DNA of 64,000 nucleotides from Isurus oxyrinchus (taxonomy: Eukaryota), in NCBI GenBank assembly GCA_026770705.1, contig JANJGN010000052.1:744001-808000 (forward strand). The letters run 5' to 3'. The first letter of the stretch is position 1. Each line of letters begins with the position of its first letter. A model generated the notes under the pieces. It was not told the origin of the DNA, searched no databases, and worked only from the letters and a program-made list of their open reading frames with translations. The translations under genes and the position numbers were made by a program. This document shows positions 49,133 through 61,335 of this stretch, piece after piece.

Positions 49133-51869
49133 ATGTGTGCATGTGGATTGTCGCATCTTTATTATTAACGTTATTTAAAAATAGTGATCACACAAGCCTG
49201 GCTTCTAAGGAGATGAAACTGCAAACAATTTACAGTAAAGTGAAATGTACAGGAATAATCTATTTAATTTGAGTTGATGATATATAATTATACATGAGGC
49301 ATGTTGCTAATTTCAAACATCATCTGAAATATGGCAGGTCTGACAGAGCAGCATTCCCTCAGTGTCCACCCTCTGACAGTGCAGCACTCCCTCAGCATTG
49401 ACGCTTTGAGAGTGCAGCACTCCTTCAGTATTGACCCTCTGGAAGTGCAGCACTCCCTCAGTGCTAACCCTCCAACAGTGCAGCACTCCCTCAGTACTGA
49501 CCCTCTGACAGTGCAGCACTCCCTCAATATTGACCCTCCAACAGTGCAGCACTCCCTCAGCACTCCCTCACTGGGGAGAGTCCATCTGGGTTTTGAGCTG
49601 AAACCTTGAGACGGTTTGAAAACCCCAACCTGCTGTCTTGGAGAGAGAGAGAGAGTGAGTGCGTGTGTGAGAAAGAGAGACAATGTGTGTGTGAGAGAGT
49701 GACAGTGCGTATGTGTGCGAGAGAGAAGGATAGAGAGAAAGAGAAAATGTGTGAGAGAGCAAAAGAGAGGTAGAGTGTGTGTGCATGAGAGAGTGAGGTA
49801 GCTGAATTGTGTGAGAGAGAGAGTGTGTGTGAGAGAAAGGGAATGTCTGTGTTAGAGAGAGAGCTTATGTGTGAGAGAGAAAGAAAGAGAGAGAATCTGT
49901 GGGTGTTAGATAGTGTGTGTGTGAAAGAGAGAGTGTGTATTTGAGAGAGCGTGTGCGTGAGAGCGTGTGTGAGTGTGTGTTTGAGAGGGTGTATGTGTTT
50001 GAGAGAAGGAGTGTGCGAGAGAGGGTGTGTGTATTTGAGAGGGAGTATGTGTGTTTAAAAGAATGAACAAGAGAAAATGTGTGTGTGTGTGTGTGTGTGT
50101 CTGCGTGTGCATTCTGACTGAGCCGAGTTTACAGTTTCACACGTTGCTAGGGACCACTTTTCCGCCTCTCTGTCAGACTGTGTGTATCTGACAGCAGGTC
50201 AGGCAGAAATAGTCCAGAATGCGCTATGGTTTTGTAGCATTGAAACAACGACAGGAACTAAATGAGTGCTGCACCAAATAAAGACATGGAGTTACCACAC
50301 CAAAAAACCACGTGACTTCCCCAGTTTCACATCTCCCTCAAACACAGAAAAACCGGGTTAACACTGACCCTCCTCCCAGAGCCAGTTCACCTCGTGTCCG
50401 ATACAGTCAGGAGAGGAAGATCATCTCTCCTCCGATCCTGGTAAACTGAACATTTCCAGAATTAGATCAGCTCCCTGAAGTGTCTCCAGTTAGACATTCA
50501 TCTGACAGGATTGACTCTACAACCCTGGGGACTCATTCTCCTGTAAGTAAAACACTTGCTGCTCCTGTCAAATCTCTTCTGTACAGCATGGTCTCTGGAT
50601 GTCCCAGAACACTTTACAGTTGAGTACACCCTTTTTTCGAAGTGTGGTTACTGTTGTAATGTAGGAAACGCAGCAGCCAATTAGCGCACAGCAAGCTCCC
50701 ACAAACAGCAATGTGATCATCTGTTTTTGGTGATGTTGGTTGAGGGATAAATACTGGTCCCAGGACACCGGGGAGAACTCCCCCCTGCTCTTCCTCCAAA
50801 TAGTGGCTGTGGGATCTTTCACACCCGCCCGAGAGGGCAGACGGGGGACTCGGTTTAGTGTCTAATATTGGACTAATCTCCAGGCGAGGTTGGCTGGATG
50901 GATTATTGACAAGGTCCATTCACCCTGTAAAGAGTTTCTCTGGTTTGATATACCCGATCAAACATCGAGTTCTGTGTCTAAACCTTGTGTTGAAAAGACA
51001 CCTTTCCAGCTCTTCACCTGCCATTAGCTTGTTGAGTCTTCACAAGCTCCGTCTGTCCGTGGCCAACCCCTCTTAGCTCATCCTTTCCTTGTCGTACATC
51101 GAGCTGTTCATCCTGACGGGTTCCCTCCTTCCCAGTAACACTCCATCTCCGACATCAAACTAACTCCCAACACGTTGATGAATTGTATGGATTCCAGCGT
51201 CAGTTGGTTCTGTCTGAGGCTGTTTCTCTGATCGGGGACCGAGCTGTTCTGAATGGACATTGTGTTCAGTACTGATCCTCCGACAGTGCAGCACTCCCTC
51301 AGTACTTACCCTCTGACAGTGCAGCACGCCCTCAGTACTGATCCTCTGACAGTGCAGCACTCCCTCACCTCTCCCTCACTGGGGAGAATCTACCTGGGTT
51401 TTGAGCTGAAATCATGAGCAGGTCTTAAAACATTCTGTATCAGAGAGAGAGAGAGTGTCTGAGAGACAGAGAGAGACAGAGAGACTGTGTGAGAGAGAAA
51501 AAGAGATAGAGAATGTGCATGTGTGAGGGAGAGTGTTTGTATATGAGGGAGAGAGTGTGCATGTGAGAGTGTGTGAGAGAGAGTGTGTGGGAGAGAGCGT
51601 GTGTTTGTGACAGAGAGTGTGTGTGTGTGTGCGAGGGAGAGAAAGAGAGAGACAGCAGAAGATCGAGATGAAGAGAAATGTTAAATGTTTGAGAGAGAGA
51701 GAATGTGTGTGTCTGAGAGAGAGAGTGTGTGTGTGTGAGAGAGAGTGTGTGCTTGACAGAAAGAGAGATTGTGTTAGTTTTAGGGAAAGTGGGTGAGTGT
51801 GTGAGAGAGTGTTTGTGTCTGAGAGAGAGAGAGAATGTATTTGAGGGAGGGAGACAGAGAGAATGTGTG

Positions 51870-52945
51870 TGTGAGAGAGAGAGAGAGAGCAGAAGAGTGC
51901 GATAGAGAGAGATTGTGAGTGTCAGAGAGAGAATGTGTGTGTGTGTGAGAGAGAGATAGAGCAGACAGTGTGATAGAGAAAGATTGTGAATGTTAGAGAG
52001 ACAATGTGTGTGAGAGAGAGAGAGAGACAGAGCAGAAGAGTGCGATAGAGAGAGATTGTGAGTGTTAGAGAGAGAATGTGAGTGTGAGAGAGAGAGATTG
52101 TGAGTGCTGACAGAGAGAATGTGTGTGTGAGAGCGAGAGAGAGCAGAAGAGTGCGATAGAGAGAGATTGTGTTTGTTAGAGAGAGAATGTGTGTGTGTGT
52201 AAGAGAGAGATAGAGCAGAGGAGTGTGATAGAGAGAGATTGTGAGTGTTAGAGAGAGAATGTGTGTTTGTGAGAGAGAGAGAGCAGAAGAGTGCGATAGA
52301 GAGAGATTGTGAGTGTTAGAGAGAGAAGGTGTGTGTGAGAGAGAGAGAGAGCAGAAGAGTGCGATAGAGAGAGATTGTGAGTGTTAGAGAGAGAATATGT
52401 GTGTGTGAGAGAGATAGAGCAGAAGAGTGCGATAGAGAGAGATTGTGAGTGTTAGAGAGAGAATGTGTGAGAGAGAGAGAGAGAGAGAGCAGTAGAGTGT
52501 GATAGAGAGAGATTGTGAGTGTTAGAGAGAGAATGTGTGAGAGAGAGAGAGAGAGAGCAGTAGAGTGTGATAGAGAGAGATTGTGAGTGTTAGAGAGAGA
52601 ATGTGTGTGTGTGTGAGAGAGAGATAGAGCAGAAGAGTGTGATAGAGAGAGATTGTGAGTGTTAGAGAGAGAATGTGTGTGTGAGAGAGAGAGTTAGAGC
52701 AGAAGAGTGTGATAGAGAGAGATTGTGAGTGTTAGAGAGAGAATGTGTGTGTGAGAGAGAGAGTTAGAGCAGAAGAGTGTGATAGAGAGAGATTGTGAGT
52801 GTTAGAGAGAGAATGTGTGTGTGTGAGAGAGAGAGAGAGATAGAGCAGAAGAGTGCGATAGAGAGAGATTGTGAGTGTTAGAGAGAGAATGTGTGTGTGA
52901 GAGAGAGAGATAGAGCAGAAGAGTGCGATAGATAGATATTGTGAG
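51870..52945 (+). repeat. GA/GT compound satellite (~62-66 bp unit); shorter mirror at 45540-46140
   Basis: gagcagaagagtg(c/t)gatagagagagattgtgagtgttagagagagaatgtgtg repeated. Confidence 0.9.
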
Positions 52946-53209
52946 GACTAAACTCACTGAGAGAAAAATCTGGACACCCAGCAGAGGGAGTGAGGGAACA
53001 ATGAATTTTTGCCGTGTTTGGTGAATCGGTTTGCGATGTCCCTTCTCAATCTCTCCTTCCTTGTCTTGACATTAGTTTATTCGCTGGGGCTGTTTAACTG
53101 ACTGAAAGGTGCCATTTAACCACAAGTTGTTGTTTGAGGAAGAAACGCTGGGGACAATTTATGAAAAAGTCTCTGTCTTTATCATTTCCATTTAGATGAG
53201 GAACTGAAG

Positions 53210-53255
53210 ATGGGAGAGGTCGGTCTGATATTGATCTTCATCAGCTTGCTGCAAG
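53210..53255 (+). pseudogene. MAG/Siglec-like gene C (right copy) leader exon
   Basis: MGEVGLILIFISLLQ-g|gtacaa; acceptor tttag at 53191-53195. Confidence 0.8.
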
Positions 53256-53569
53256 GTACAAATTCATTACTGATCGGAACTCAGGGAATTGGATTCTTTC
53301 CTGGAGTGAGGAAGTGAACATTTAATTTTAGAGAACAGGGTTAGTGATCACACAGAGAGTGAGTGAATAGCGAGTCAGAGAATATAGCAAAAGAAAAAGC
53401 CTCATATGGACTCGAAACACCAACTCTGTTTCTCTCTCCACAGATGCTGTCAGACCTGCTGAGTTTTTCCAGCATTTTCTGTTTGTGCATCAGAGAGCTT
53501 GTTTCAATAGGAATGACAGTGCATTTATACAGCACCTTTAATGCAGTAAAACATCCTTATTGCTTCACA

Positions 53570-54050
53570 GGATTCCCCCACAAGGGGTAACATCCCATCA
53601 GCATCCACCCTGTCAAACCCCCCACCACCTCAGAATCTTATATGTTTCAATAAGATCACCTCTCATTCTTCTAAACTCCAATGGATACAGGGCCCAACCT
53701 GCTCAACATTTCCTCATAAGACAAACCCCCTTCATCCCAGGAATCAGCCCAGTGATCCTCCTCTGAGCTGCCTCCAATGCAGAGTCTATCCCTCCCTAAG
53801 TAAGGAGACCAGAACTGTACACACTGCTCCTGATATAATCTCACCAACGCCCTGTACAGTTGTAGCAAGACTCCCCTCCTTTTATACTCCATCCCTTTGC
53901 AATAAAGGCCAACATTCCACTTGCCTTCCTCATTCCGTGCTGTTCCTGAATGCTGACTTTCTGTGATTCATGTACAAGGACACCCAGATCCCTCTGTACC
54001 GCATTCTGCTGCCTCTCTCCATTGAAGTAATATTCTGCTTTTTGATGTCC
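53570..54050 (-). mobile_element. CR1 fragment in gene C leader-V intron (mirror 44435-44910)
   Basis: LLQLYRALVR...CVQFWSPYL. Confidence 0.85.
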
Positions 54051-54075
54051 TGTCCCTTCCCTTGTTGCCTTTCAG

Positions 54076-54363
54076 GAGTGACGTCAGAGGGATGGTCTAT
54101 GAAGGCGCTGCCTCGGAGGGCCATCAGCAGCTCTTGTGTGGTTATTCCGTGTAGCTTTGACTTTCCTTCCCACTCTTACACAGCACTGCACGGAGCTTGG
54201 TATAAATATTGGTATAGATGGAAATATACCACCACATACACCAAAGATCCCAATTATGGGGTGGCCACATTCGTGGGACGTGCTAAAATAATCGGCGACT
54301 TGGAAGGGAAGAATTGTTTGGTGAGGATTGACAGTCTCAGAGCTGAAGACAGTGACGGGTATT
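54076..54363 (+). pseudogene. Gene C (right copy) V-set exon truncated in strand F
   Basis: ctttcag acceptor, phase 1; same Gypsy junction as left copy. Confidence 0.85.
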
Positions 54364-55490
54364 ACACCCAATTCTAAATCTTTTCACCAATTAGTCGTCC
54401 TCATGAAGATGTATTTTCAGCTGAAGCCGTGGGTAATAATGCAGAGGTTTAAGTTTAACTCCAGAGTAAGGGCCCAGGGAGAGTTCATCGCAACCTATAC
54501 AGTGAAGTGGAAGCAGGTGACTGAGCACTGGGACCTCGGAGACACACTCAATGACATGTTGCGGGGCCGATTGGTTTGTGTCGTTCACCCCAACGCCATT
54601 CAGAGCCGTTTACTCGCAGAAGCCGACATCGATTTGAAGCGCACCATGGAAATAGCGCCAGGCATGGAAAGTGCTGGGAGAGACTGGCGGGATTTACAGG
54701 ATGTACAACATGGCGCCAGTCCTCAGCTGGGACAGGAACCAACCACCGGGCGTGAGGCTCAAACTGGAGAGAGAGAGAGGGAGAGAGAGAGAGACAGCCG
54801 CCAAGCGAGAGACAGTCTCTGCCGCTCCAGAAACTAAAAGGCTTCGTGGGAGTATTTCAGCAGCAACTCCGAAGTTGGCCTGTTCTCGATGTGGGGGGGA
54901 GTGAGCTCGTACCGGACACCTGCAGGTTCAAGGGGGCAGAATGCCATCACTGCCACAAGAAAGGGGTGGGTAATAAAGCAATGCAGGGTGAAATCGAGAC
55001 AGCCCATCAGGCAGTGCACCAACATGATGGAAGTGAATAATATCACAGAGCCTGAAGCTGCTGATACCGATGTCTATTCCCTGTCCAATGTCACAGTGGT
55101 AAAAACTGAACCTATAACCATCACAACCCAAGTGAATGGGCAGCCACTAGTAATGGGGCAGATACGGGAGCCTCAGACACAGTGGTGGAAGAGCCCACAT
55201 TTAAACAGCTAAATGAAGGAACCCAGACGCTGAATTTAGAGCCAACAATGGATCAGCTGAAGACACACACTGGAGAATCCATACAGGGAAAGGACCTCAT
55301 CCCAGTACCTGTGTCCTACAGGCAGCAGACAGCCCAGCTTCCAGTGATCATAGCGACAGGTGAGGGCCCTAGTCTTCTGGGCCGAGACTGGTTCCAGAAA
55401 ACCAAGCTCAGCTGCTCTGAAATGTTTCACTGGAGGAGTTGCTGAGTTGCTGGGGGAATATGAGAGTGTATCTCGGGAATGAGTTTGAAG
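54360..55490 (+). mobile_element. Gypsy gag-protease fragment (right arm)
   Basis: Same as left arm; DTGASDTV at 55161; SLLGRDW. Confidence 0.85.
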
Positions 55491-55499
55491 AATTGAAGC

Positions 55500-55730
55500 A
55501 TCCTCACAGGCTGCAAGTGTCCCTCAGGTCAGAGTTGGTTCCACTGGAAAATCCTGAAGAGAAAGAAAGCGAATTCTGTGCCGCTCTGAGCAAACTGAAG
55601 AAACAGTTGGCAGGGAAGACCCAACCATGTCCAATGTTCCAGGAGGAAGGCAAGAGATACAAGGAAGAGACTGAAGAGCTGAAGATTCAGCTGAATGAAA
55701 CCAAAGAGGCAGTTACAGTATCACAACAAT
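55500..55730 (+). pseudogene. Coiled-coil host-gene fragment, UACA/RAI14/ANKRD24-family-like (mirror 42755-42985)
   Basis: HRLQVSLRSELVPLENPEEKESEFCAALSKLKKQLAGKTQ...QEEGKRYKEETEELK; gapless resemblance to the UACA coiled coil as I recall it. Confidence 0.45.
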
Positions 55731-58679
55731 TTTACAGAGCAGAAGGAGGCCATTCAGCCCGTCGAGCCTGTTACACAGGAACAGGAAGAGGCCCATTCAG
55801 CCCCCTCGAGACTGTTACACAGGAACAGAAGGGGGCCATTCAGCCCATTGAGCCTATTACACAGATACAGGAAGAGGCCATTCAGCCCCCTCAAGACTGT
55901 TACACAGGAACAGGAGCAAGCCCATTCAGCCACTGATGTCTGTTACACAGGAACAGGAGGAGGCCCATTTAGCTCCTCAAGCCTGTTACACAGGAACTGG
56001 AGGAGGCCCATTCAGCCCCATTGAGCCTGTTACACAGAAAAAGGACGAGGCCCATTCAGCCACTGATGCCCGTTACACAGGAACAGGAGGAGGCCATTCA
56101 GCCCCTTGTAGGGTGTGGTGGTGTGTGTCAGCTTCACCTGCGACTTCTGAGCCGTCTGAATCACTCCCACTCCCTGGGTTCTAGACCTTGGACTTATTCG
56201 GGGCTTGTCACAAAGTGCAGCAGACAACTGGTTTTGGGCCTTCATGGGCCCAGCCTCCTGTCTGCAGGGTTTTCCACTTAACTCAGCAGTTTAAAGGTGC
56301 AAAAGTGATATCCTTGTTGATGATATGGAAAATGTGGGAATTTTGAGAACCCTTCAAGAGATAGGGAGGGTTACAGGGTTACAGGGGCTGGAGGAGGTTA
56401 CAGATATAGGGAGGGGTGTAGGGGTTGAAGGTGGTTACAGAGATGGGGAGGGTTGTGGGGGTTGGAGGTGGTTACAGATATAGGGAGGGGTGTAGGGGTT
56501 GAAGGTGGTTACAGAGATGGGGAGGATTGTAGAGGCAGGTGGAGGCTGCCTTAGGGAGGGTTGTAGGGGCTGGAGGAAAGGGACAGAGAGAGGAGGTTAC
56601 AGATATAGGGAGGGAGACAGTCAGAGAGAGAGCGACAGGGAGAGAGAGAGCGATAGAGAGATTGAGAGACAGACAGAGACTGAGAGAGGGAGAAGAGAGC
56701 AGGAGAGTGAGAGAGAGACAGAACAAGTGTGAAAGATGGTGGAAGGGAAGAGTGGGGAGGTGTTGGCCTGATGGTATTTTCACTGGACCAGTAATCCAGA
56801 GACCCAGTGTAATGCTCCTGGGACCCTGGTTAGAATCCCACCACAGCAGTTGGTGGAATTTGAACTCAATAAAAACCTGGAATTAAAAGTCCGATGATGA
56901 CCAGGAAACCATTGCCGATTCTTGTATTTGGGTCACAAATGCCCTTTAGGGAGGGAAATCTGCTGTCCTTACCTGGTCTGGCCTACATGTGACTCCAGAC
57001 CCACAGCAATGTGGTTCACTTTTAAAAAGTGGCCTCTGAACAAGGGCAATTAGGGTTGGGCAATAAATGCTGGCCTGGTCAGTGATGTCCACATCACATG
57101 AAAGAATGAAATAAAAGGACAGAGAGGGACAGACAGAGTCGAGAGACACCCAGAATGAAAAAAACACAGTAAACACTGGAAAATAAACATTCTGGTCTGA
57201 TCTGGTCTTGTATACCTTCAAATGGAACACCAGTAAAACAGGGAAATAAGAGTACTGGGCCAAACTGTTAGAGAGGGTCACATTTAGAGAGAGAGAGAGA
57301 GAGAGAAAGAGGGAGACACTGAAAGAGATAAGGACAAGGAAAGAAAGAGTGAGAGAGAGAGACAGACAGAGACACACAAAGAAGTAGAAAGAAAGTGATA
57401 GAGATGAAGCAAGAGAGAATGAGGAGAAAGATAGATAGATAGAGAGAGAGGATGGTAGAGAAAGAGAACGAGAGGAAAAGAGACAAAGGCAGAATGTGAT
57501 GGAACACTGAATCCTTGTCTATGCGTTTTGAAATCCAGCCCAGAACTATCATTGGAAGATTCAGCGAGTGTCCAGTACAGGGGACCCAGCCCAACCTTCT
57601 CATCCTGACCTTCCCAGTGGGGCTGAAGAGGGCAGAGAGGAAACCTTCCTCTGTTATTCTGTTGTCGAATAAACACAACAATTCTGGAACTCTGCCCTTT
57701 CTATCTCACGGATTAGAATATAAGGGGGCAGAGGTCATGCTTCAGTCTACATAAAGCCCTGGCTAGACCACACCTGGAGTCACTGTGAGACATTCTGGGC
57801 CCCACACCTTAGGTAGGATATATTGACCTCGGAGGGAGAGCAGTGTCAGTTTACCAGAATGAGACCGGGACTCCAAGGGTTAAATCACAAGGAGAGATTA
57901 AACACAAACTCGGCTTGTATTCCCTGGAAGTTAGAATGTTAAGCAGGAGATTTGATGAAAGTTCGCATGATATTAAGGGGAACAGATCGGGGGCGATAAA
58001 GAGAAACCATTTCCCCTGGTTGGGGGGAGTCTGGGACTCGGGGTCAGAGCCTAAAAAGGAATTAAATTAGGAAGTACAAAGGGTGGGAGAAATTTGGAAC
58101 TCTCTTCCCCAAACAGGAACTGATGCACGATCAAGTTGTTCATTTTAAACCTGTGAGACTGATAGATTTTTGTTATCCAAAGGTATTAAAGGAGATGGGA
58201 CAAAGGCATATGGGGCTAGTTTGCAGATCAGCCATGAACTCTTTGAATGGTGGAGCAGGCTCGAGGGGCCAAATGGCCTCCTCCTACCCTTATGTAATAG
58301 AAACTTACCTGTCAGAAGCCAGTTTATGTTGATGTGAGTCTGAGTCGATGACTGAACCCAGTTGGTAACTTGTTCCATACAAAGCAAGAACGTTCATGCC
58401 CTTCAATGTTCCTGGATAAACCATTAACAAAGCTGCTGACAGACAGTCTCCACATGGTAAACACTGACCGATCAACACATGACATGGCTGTTAACCCCGA
58501 AACCTCAGCGTAAATCAGTTCCCCCTCGAGGCCCCTTGTCCGAAATAAAAGCAACGCACACAATTTGTAAAATAGTAAGTGTCTGGCAGGAAGGAGGAGC
58601 AATGAGAGGAGTAAGGGGTTAGGGGGCGTGCGCTTCACCTGATTTGCCGACATAAGAACCAGCCCCTATGTTTTTGCTA

Positions 58680-58905
58680 TGTTGTGTTGCATCAGTATGA
58701 ACACATATTTGCACAAGGTGAAGGGCGTTGCGGAGGGACTGATAGTTCTCGGCGCCAGACAGTCAATGTCCCAGTGACCTTACTGCTGGTCCCAGGCCAG
58801 TGGGACAGGGAACATCGACACTGCAATATCCAGAAATGGGTGTGATACCACACAGCTACCCACCCGCGGCTGTCCCCTTCAAGTGTTTCAGGTATAAGAG
58901 CAGGA
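58680..58905 (+). promoter_or_regulatory. Hepcidin copy R proximal promoter
   Basis: TATAAGAG 58893-58900; GGCGCCAGAC 58751-58760 (BMP-RE-like GGCGCC overlapping SMAD CAGAC); TTGCACAA 58709 (C/EBP-like); TTGCATCA ~58687. Confidence 0.6.
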
Positions 58906-58969
58906 AGCTCCTCTAGTTACAAACCAAAGCATCAAAGCAGAGCCAGAAGATCAGAAGAGACAGGCAGAG

Positions 58970-59062
58970 ATGGGAAGCTCCCAGATGAAATGGCGACTTG
59001 TCTTGTTCACTCTGACTTTGCTGCTCTCCCTGCAGCTGAGTCACTTCTTCTCCTTGTCGAGG
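58970..59062 (+). CDS. hamp: Hepcidin copy R exon 1 (donor GT mutated to TT)
   Basis: Coding sequence identical to copy L exon 1, but followed by ttaagc instead of gtaagc. Confidence 0.8.
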
Positions 59063-61278
59063 TTAAGCTAAGAGATGTCCCTCTGGGTGAGGTGTTTCTT
59101 GCACATGACTCTACGTCTACCACCCAGATAGACTGGTCTCTTCCGCAGTTTGATATTATTATGTTCGTGCCTTTAATATTGTCGCCCTCTATGAATTTAA
59201 CATCATTTCCTTCTGTCGTTTCCCCTGAAATTCTCATTCTTGTTTTCAATCCCTCCTCAGCGACTCCCTATCTCTGTAACCTCCTCCAGCCCGTACAACC
59301 CTCCCTATCTCTGTAAACTCCTCCAGCCCCTACAACCCTCCCTATCTCTGTAACCTCCACCAGGCCTTACAACCCTCCCTATCTCTGTAACCTCCTCCAG
59401 CCCCTACACCCCTCCCTATCTCTGTAACCTCCTCCAGCCCCTGCAACCCTCCCTATCTCTGTAACTTCCTCCAGCCCCTACAACCCTCCCTATCTCTGTA
59501 ACCTCCTCCAGCCCGTACAACCCTCCCTATCTCTGTAACCTCCTCCAGCCCCTACAACCCTCCCTATCTCTGTAACCTCCTCCAGCCCCTACAACCCTCC
59601 CTATCTCTGTAACATCCTCCAGCCCCTATAACAATCCCTATCTCTGTAACATCCTACAGTCTCTACAACCCTCCCTATCTCTGTAACCTCCTCCAGTCCC
59701 TATAACCCTCCCTATCTCTGTAACCTCCTCCAGACCCGACAACCCTCCCTATCTATGTAACCTCCTACAGTCCCCACAACACTCCCTATCTCTGTAACCT
59801 CCCCCAGGCCCCACAACCCTCACGATCACTGTAACCTCCTCCAGACCCTACAACCCTCCCTATCTCTGTAACCTGCTCCAGACCCTACAACCCTCCCTAT
59901 CTCTGTAACATGCTCCAGACTCTACAACCCTCCCTATCTCTGTAACCTGCTCCAGACCCTCCAACCCTCCCTATCTCTGTAAAATCCTCCAGGCCCCACA
60001 ACCCTCACAATCACTGTAACCTCCTCCAGCCCCTACAATCCTCCTGAACTCTATAACCTCCTCTCCACACTATAACTCTCCCTATCTCTGTAACCTACTG
60101 TGGCCCCTACAGCAGTGTCTATTTTGGTAACCTCCTCCAGCCTCTACAACTCTCCCTACATCTGTAACCTCCTCCAGCCCCCACAACCACTCCATCTCTG
60201 TAACCTCCTACAGCCCCTACACACCTCCCTACCTCTGTAACCTCCTCCAGCCCCCACAACTCCCCCATCTCTGTAACCTCCTACAGCCTCTACAACCCTC
60301 CCTATCTCTGTAACTTCCTACAGCCCTTACAACCCTCCCTATCTCTGTAACCTCCTACAGCCTCTACAGCCCTCCCTATTTCTGTAACCTCCTCCAGCCC
60401 CTACAACCCTCCCTATCTCTGTAACCTCCTACAGCCTCTACAACCCTCCCTATCTCTGTAACTTCCTACAGCCCTTACAACCCTCCCTTTCTCTGTAACC
60501 TCCTACAGCCTCTACAGCCCTCCCTATCTCTGTAACCTCCTCCAGCCCCCACAACCCTACCTAAATCACTGGTCTGAGTCTCACTCCAGGGAATTCAGTC
60601 CCATAATGTAGATCAACGCTCCGTGCTGAGGGAGTGCTGCACAATCAGAGGGTCAGTAGTGTGGAAGTGTTGCACTATTGGAGGGACAGTACTGAGGGAG
60701 TGCTATACTGTCGGAGGTCAGTACTGAGGGAGTGCTGTTGTGTCGAAGGGTTAGTACTGAAATAGAGCTTCACTGACGGAGGGACAGTACTGAGGGAGCG
60801 CAGCACTATCGAAGGGTTAGTACTGAGGGAGTGCTGCGGTGTCAAAGGGTTAGTACTGAGGGAGCACAACAATGTTGAATGAGACATTAAACCGAGTCCC
60901 CCGTCTGCCCTCTCGGGCGGGTGTGAAAGATCCCACAGCCACTATTTGGAGGAAGAGCAGGGGGTGTTCTCCCCGGTGTCCTGGGACCAATATTTATCCC
61001 TCACCCAACATCACCAAAAACAGATGATCTAGGCCATGATCACATTGCTATTTGTGGGATCTTGCTGTGCACAAATCAGCTGCCACATTTCCTACAGTGT
61101 GAGTGCACTTCAAAAACATCCTTCAGTGGCTGTGAAATGCTTTGGGATGTGGTGAAAGGCGTTAGAGAAATGCAAGTCTGTCCTCCTCCCCCTCTCTCTC
61201 CTGTACCTCTCTCTCTCTCTCTCCCTCTCCCTCAATCCTCCTCTCACTTTCTCCCTGATAAATTCTTTCTTTTTGCAG

Positions 61279-61335
61279 GTTGACACTGCTTTAGGTTCTT
61301 CGACGATTGAGAAATCTGTGGATTCCCCGGACACG
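61279..61335 (+). CDS. hamp: Hepcidin copy R exon 2
   Basis: Identical to copy L exon 2; AG/GT intact. Confidence 0.8.

Noticed and set aside
50870-51265. Exon-like unique sequence on the minus strand (possible cytoplasmic tail)
   Set aside because: The frame examined has several stops; no ITIM or recognisable homology.
54076-54363. Assigning the symbol MAG or CD22
   Set aside because: Similarity is family-level only and the gene is truncated; orthology needs a phylogeny.
58825-58840. STAT3 site in the hepcidin promoter
   Set aside because: ATCCAGAAA does not match TTCNNNGAA.
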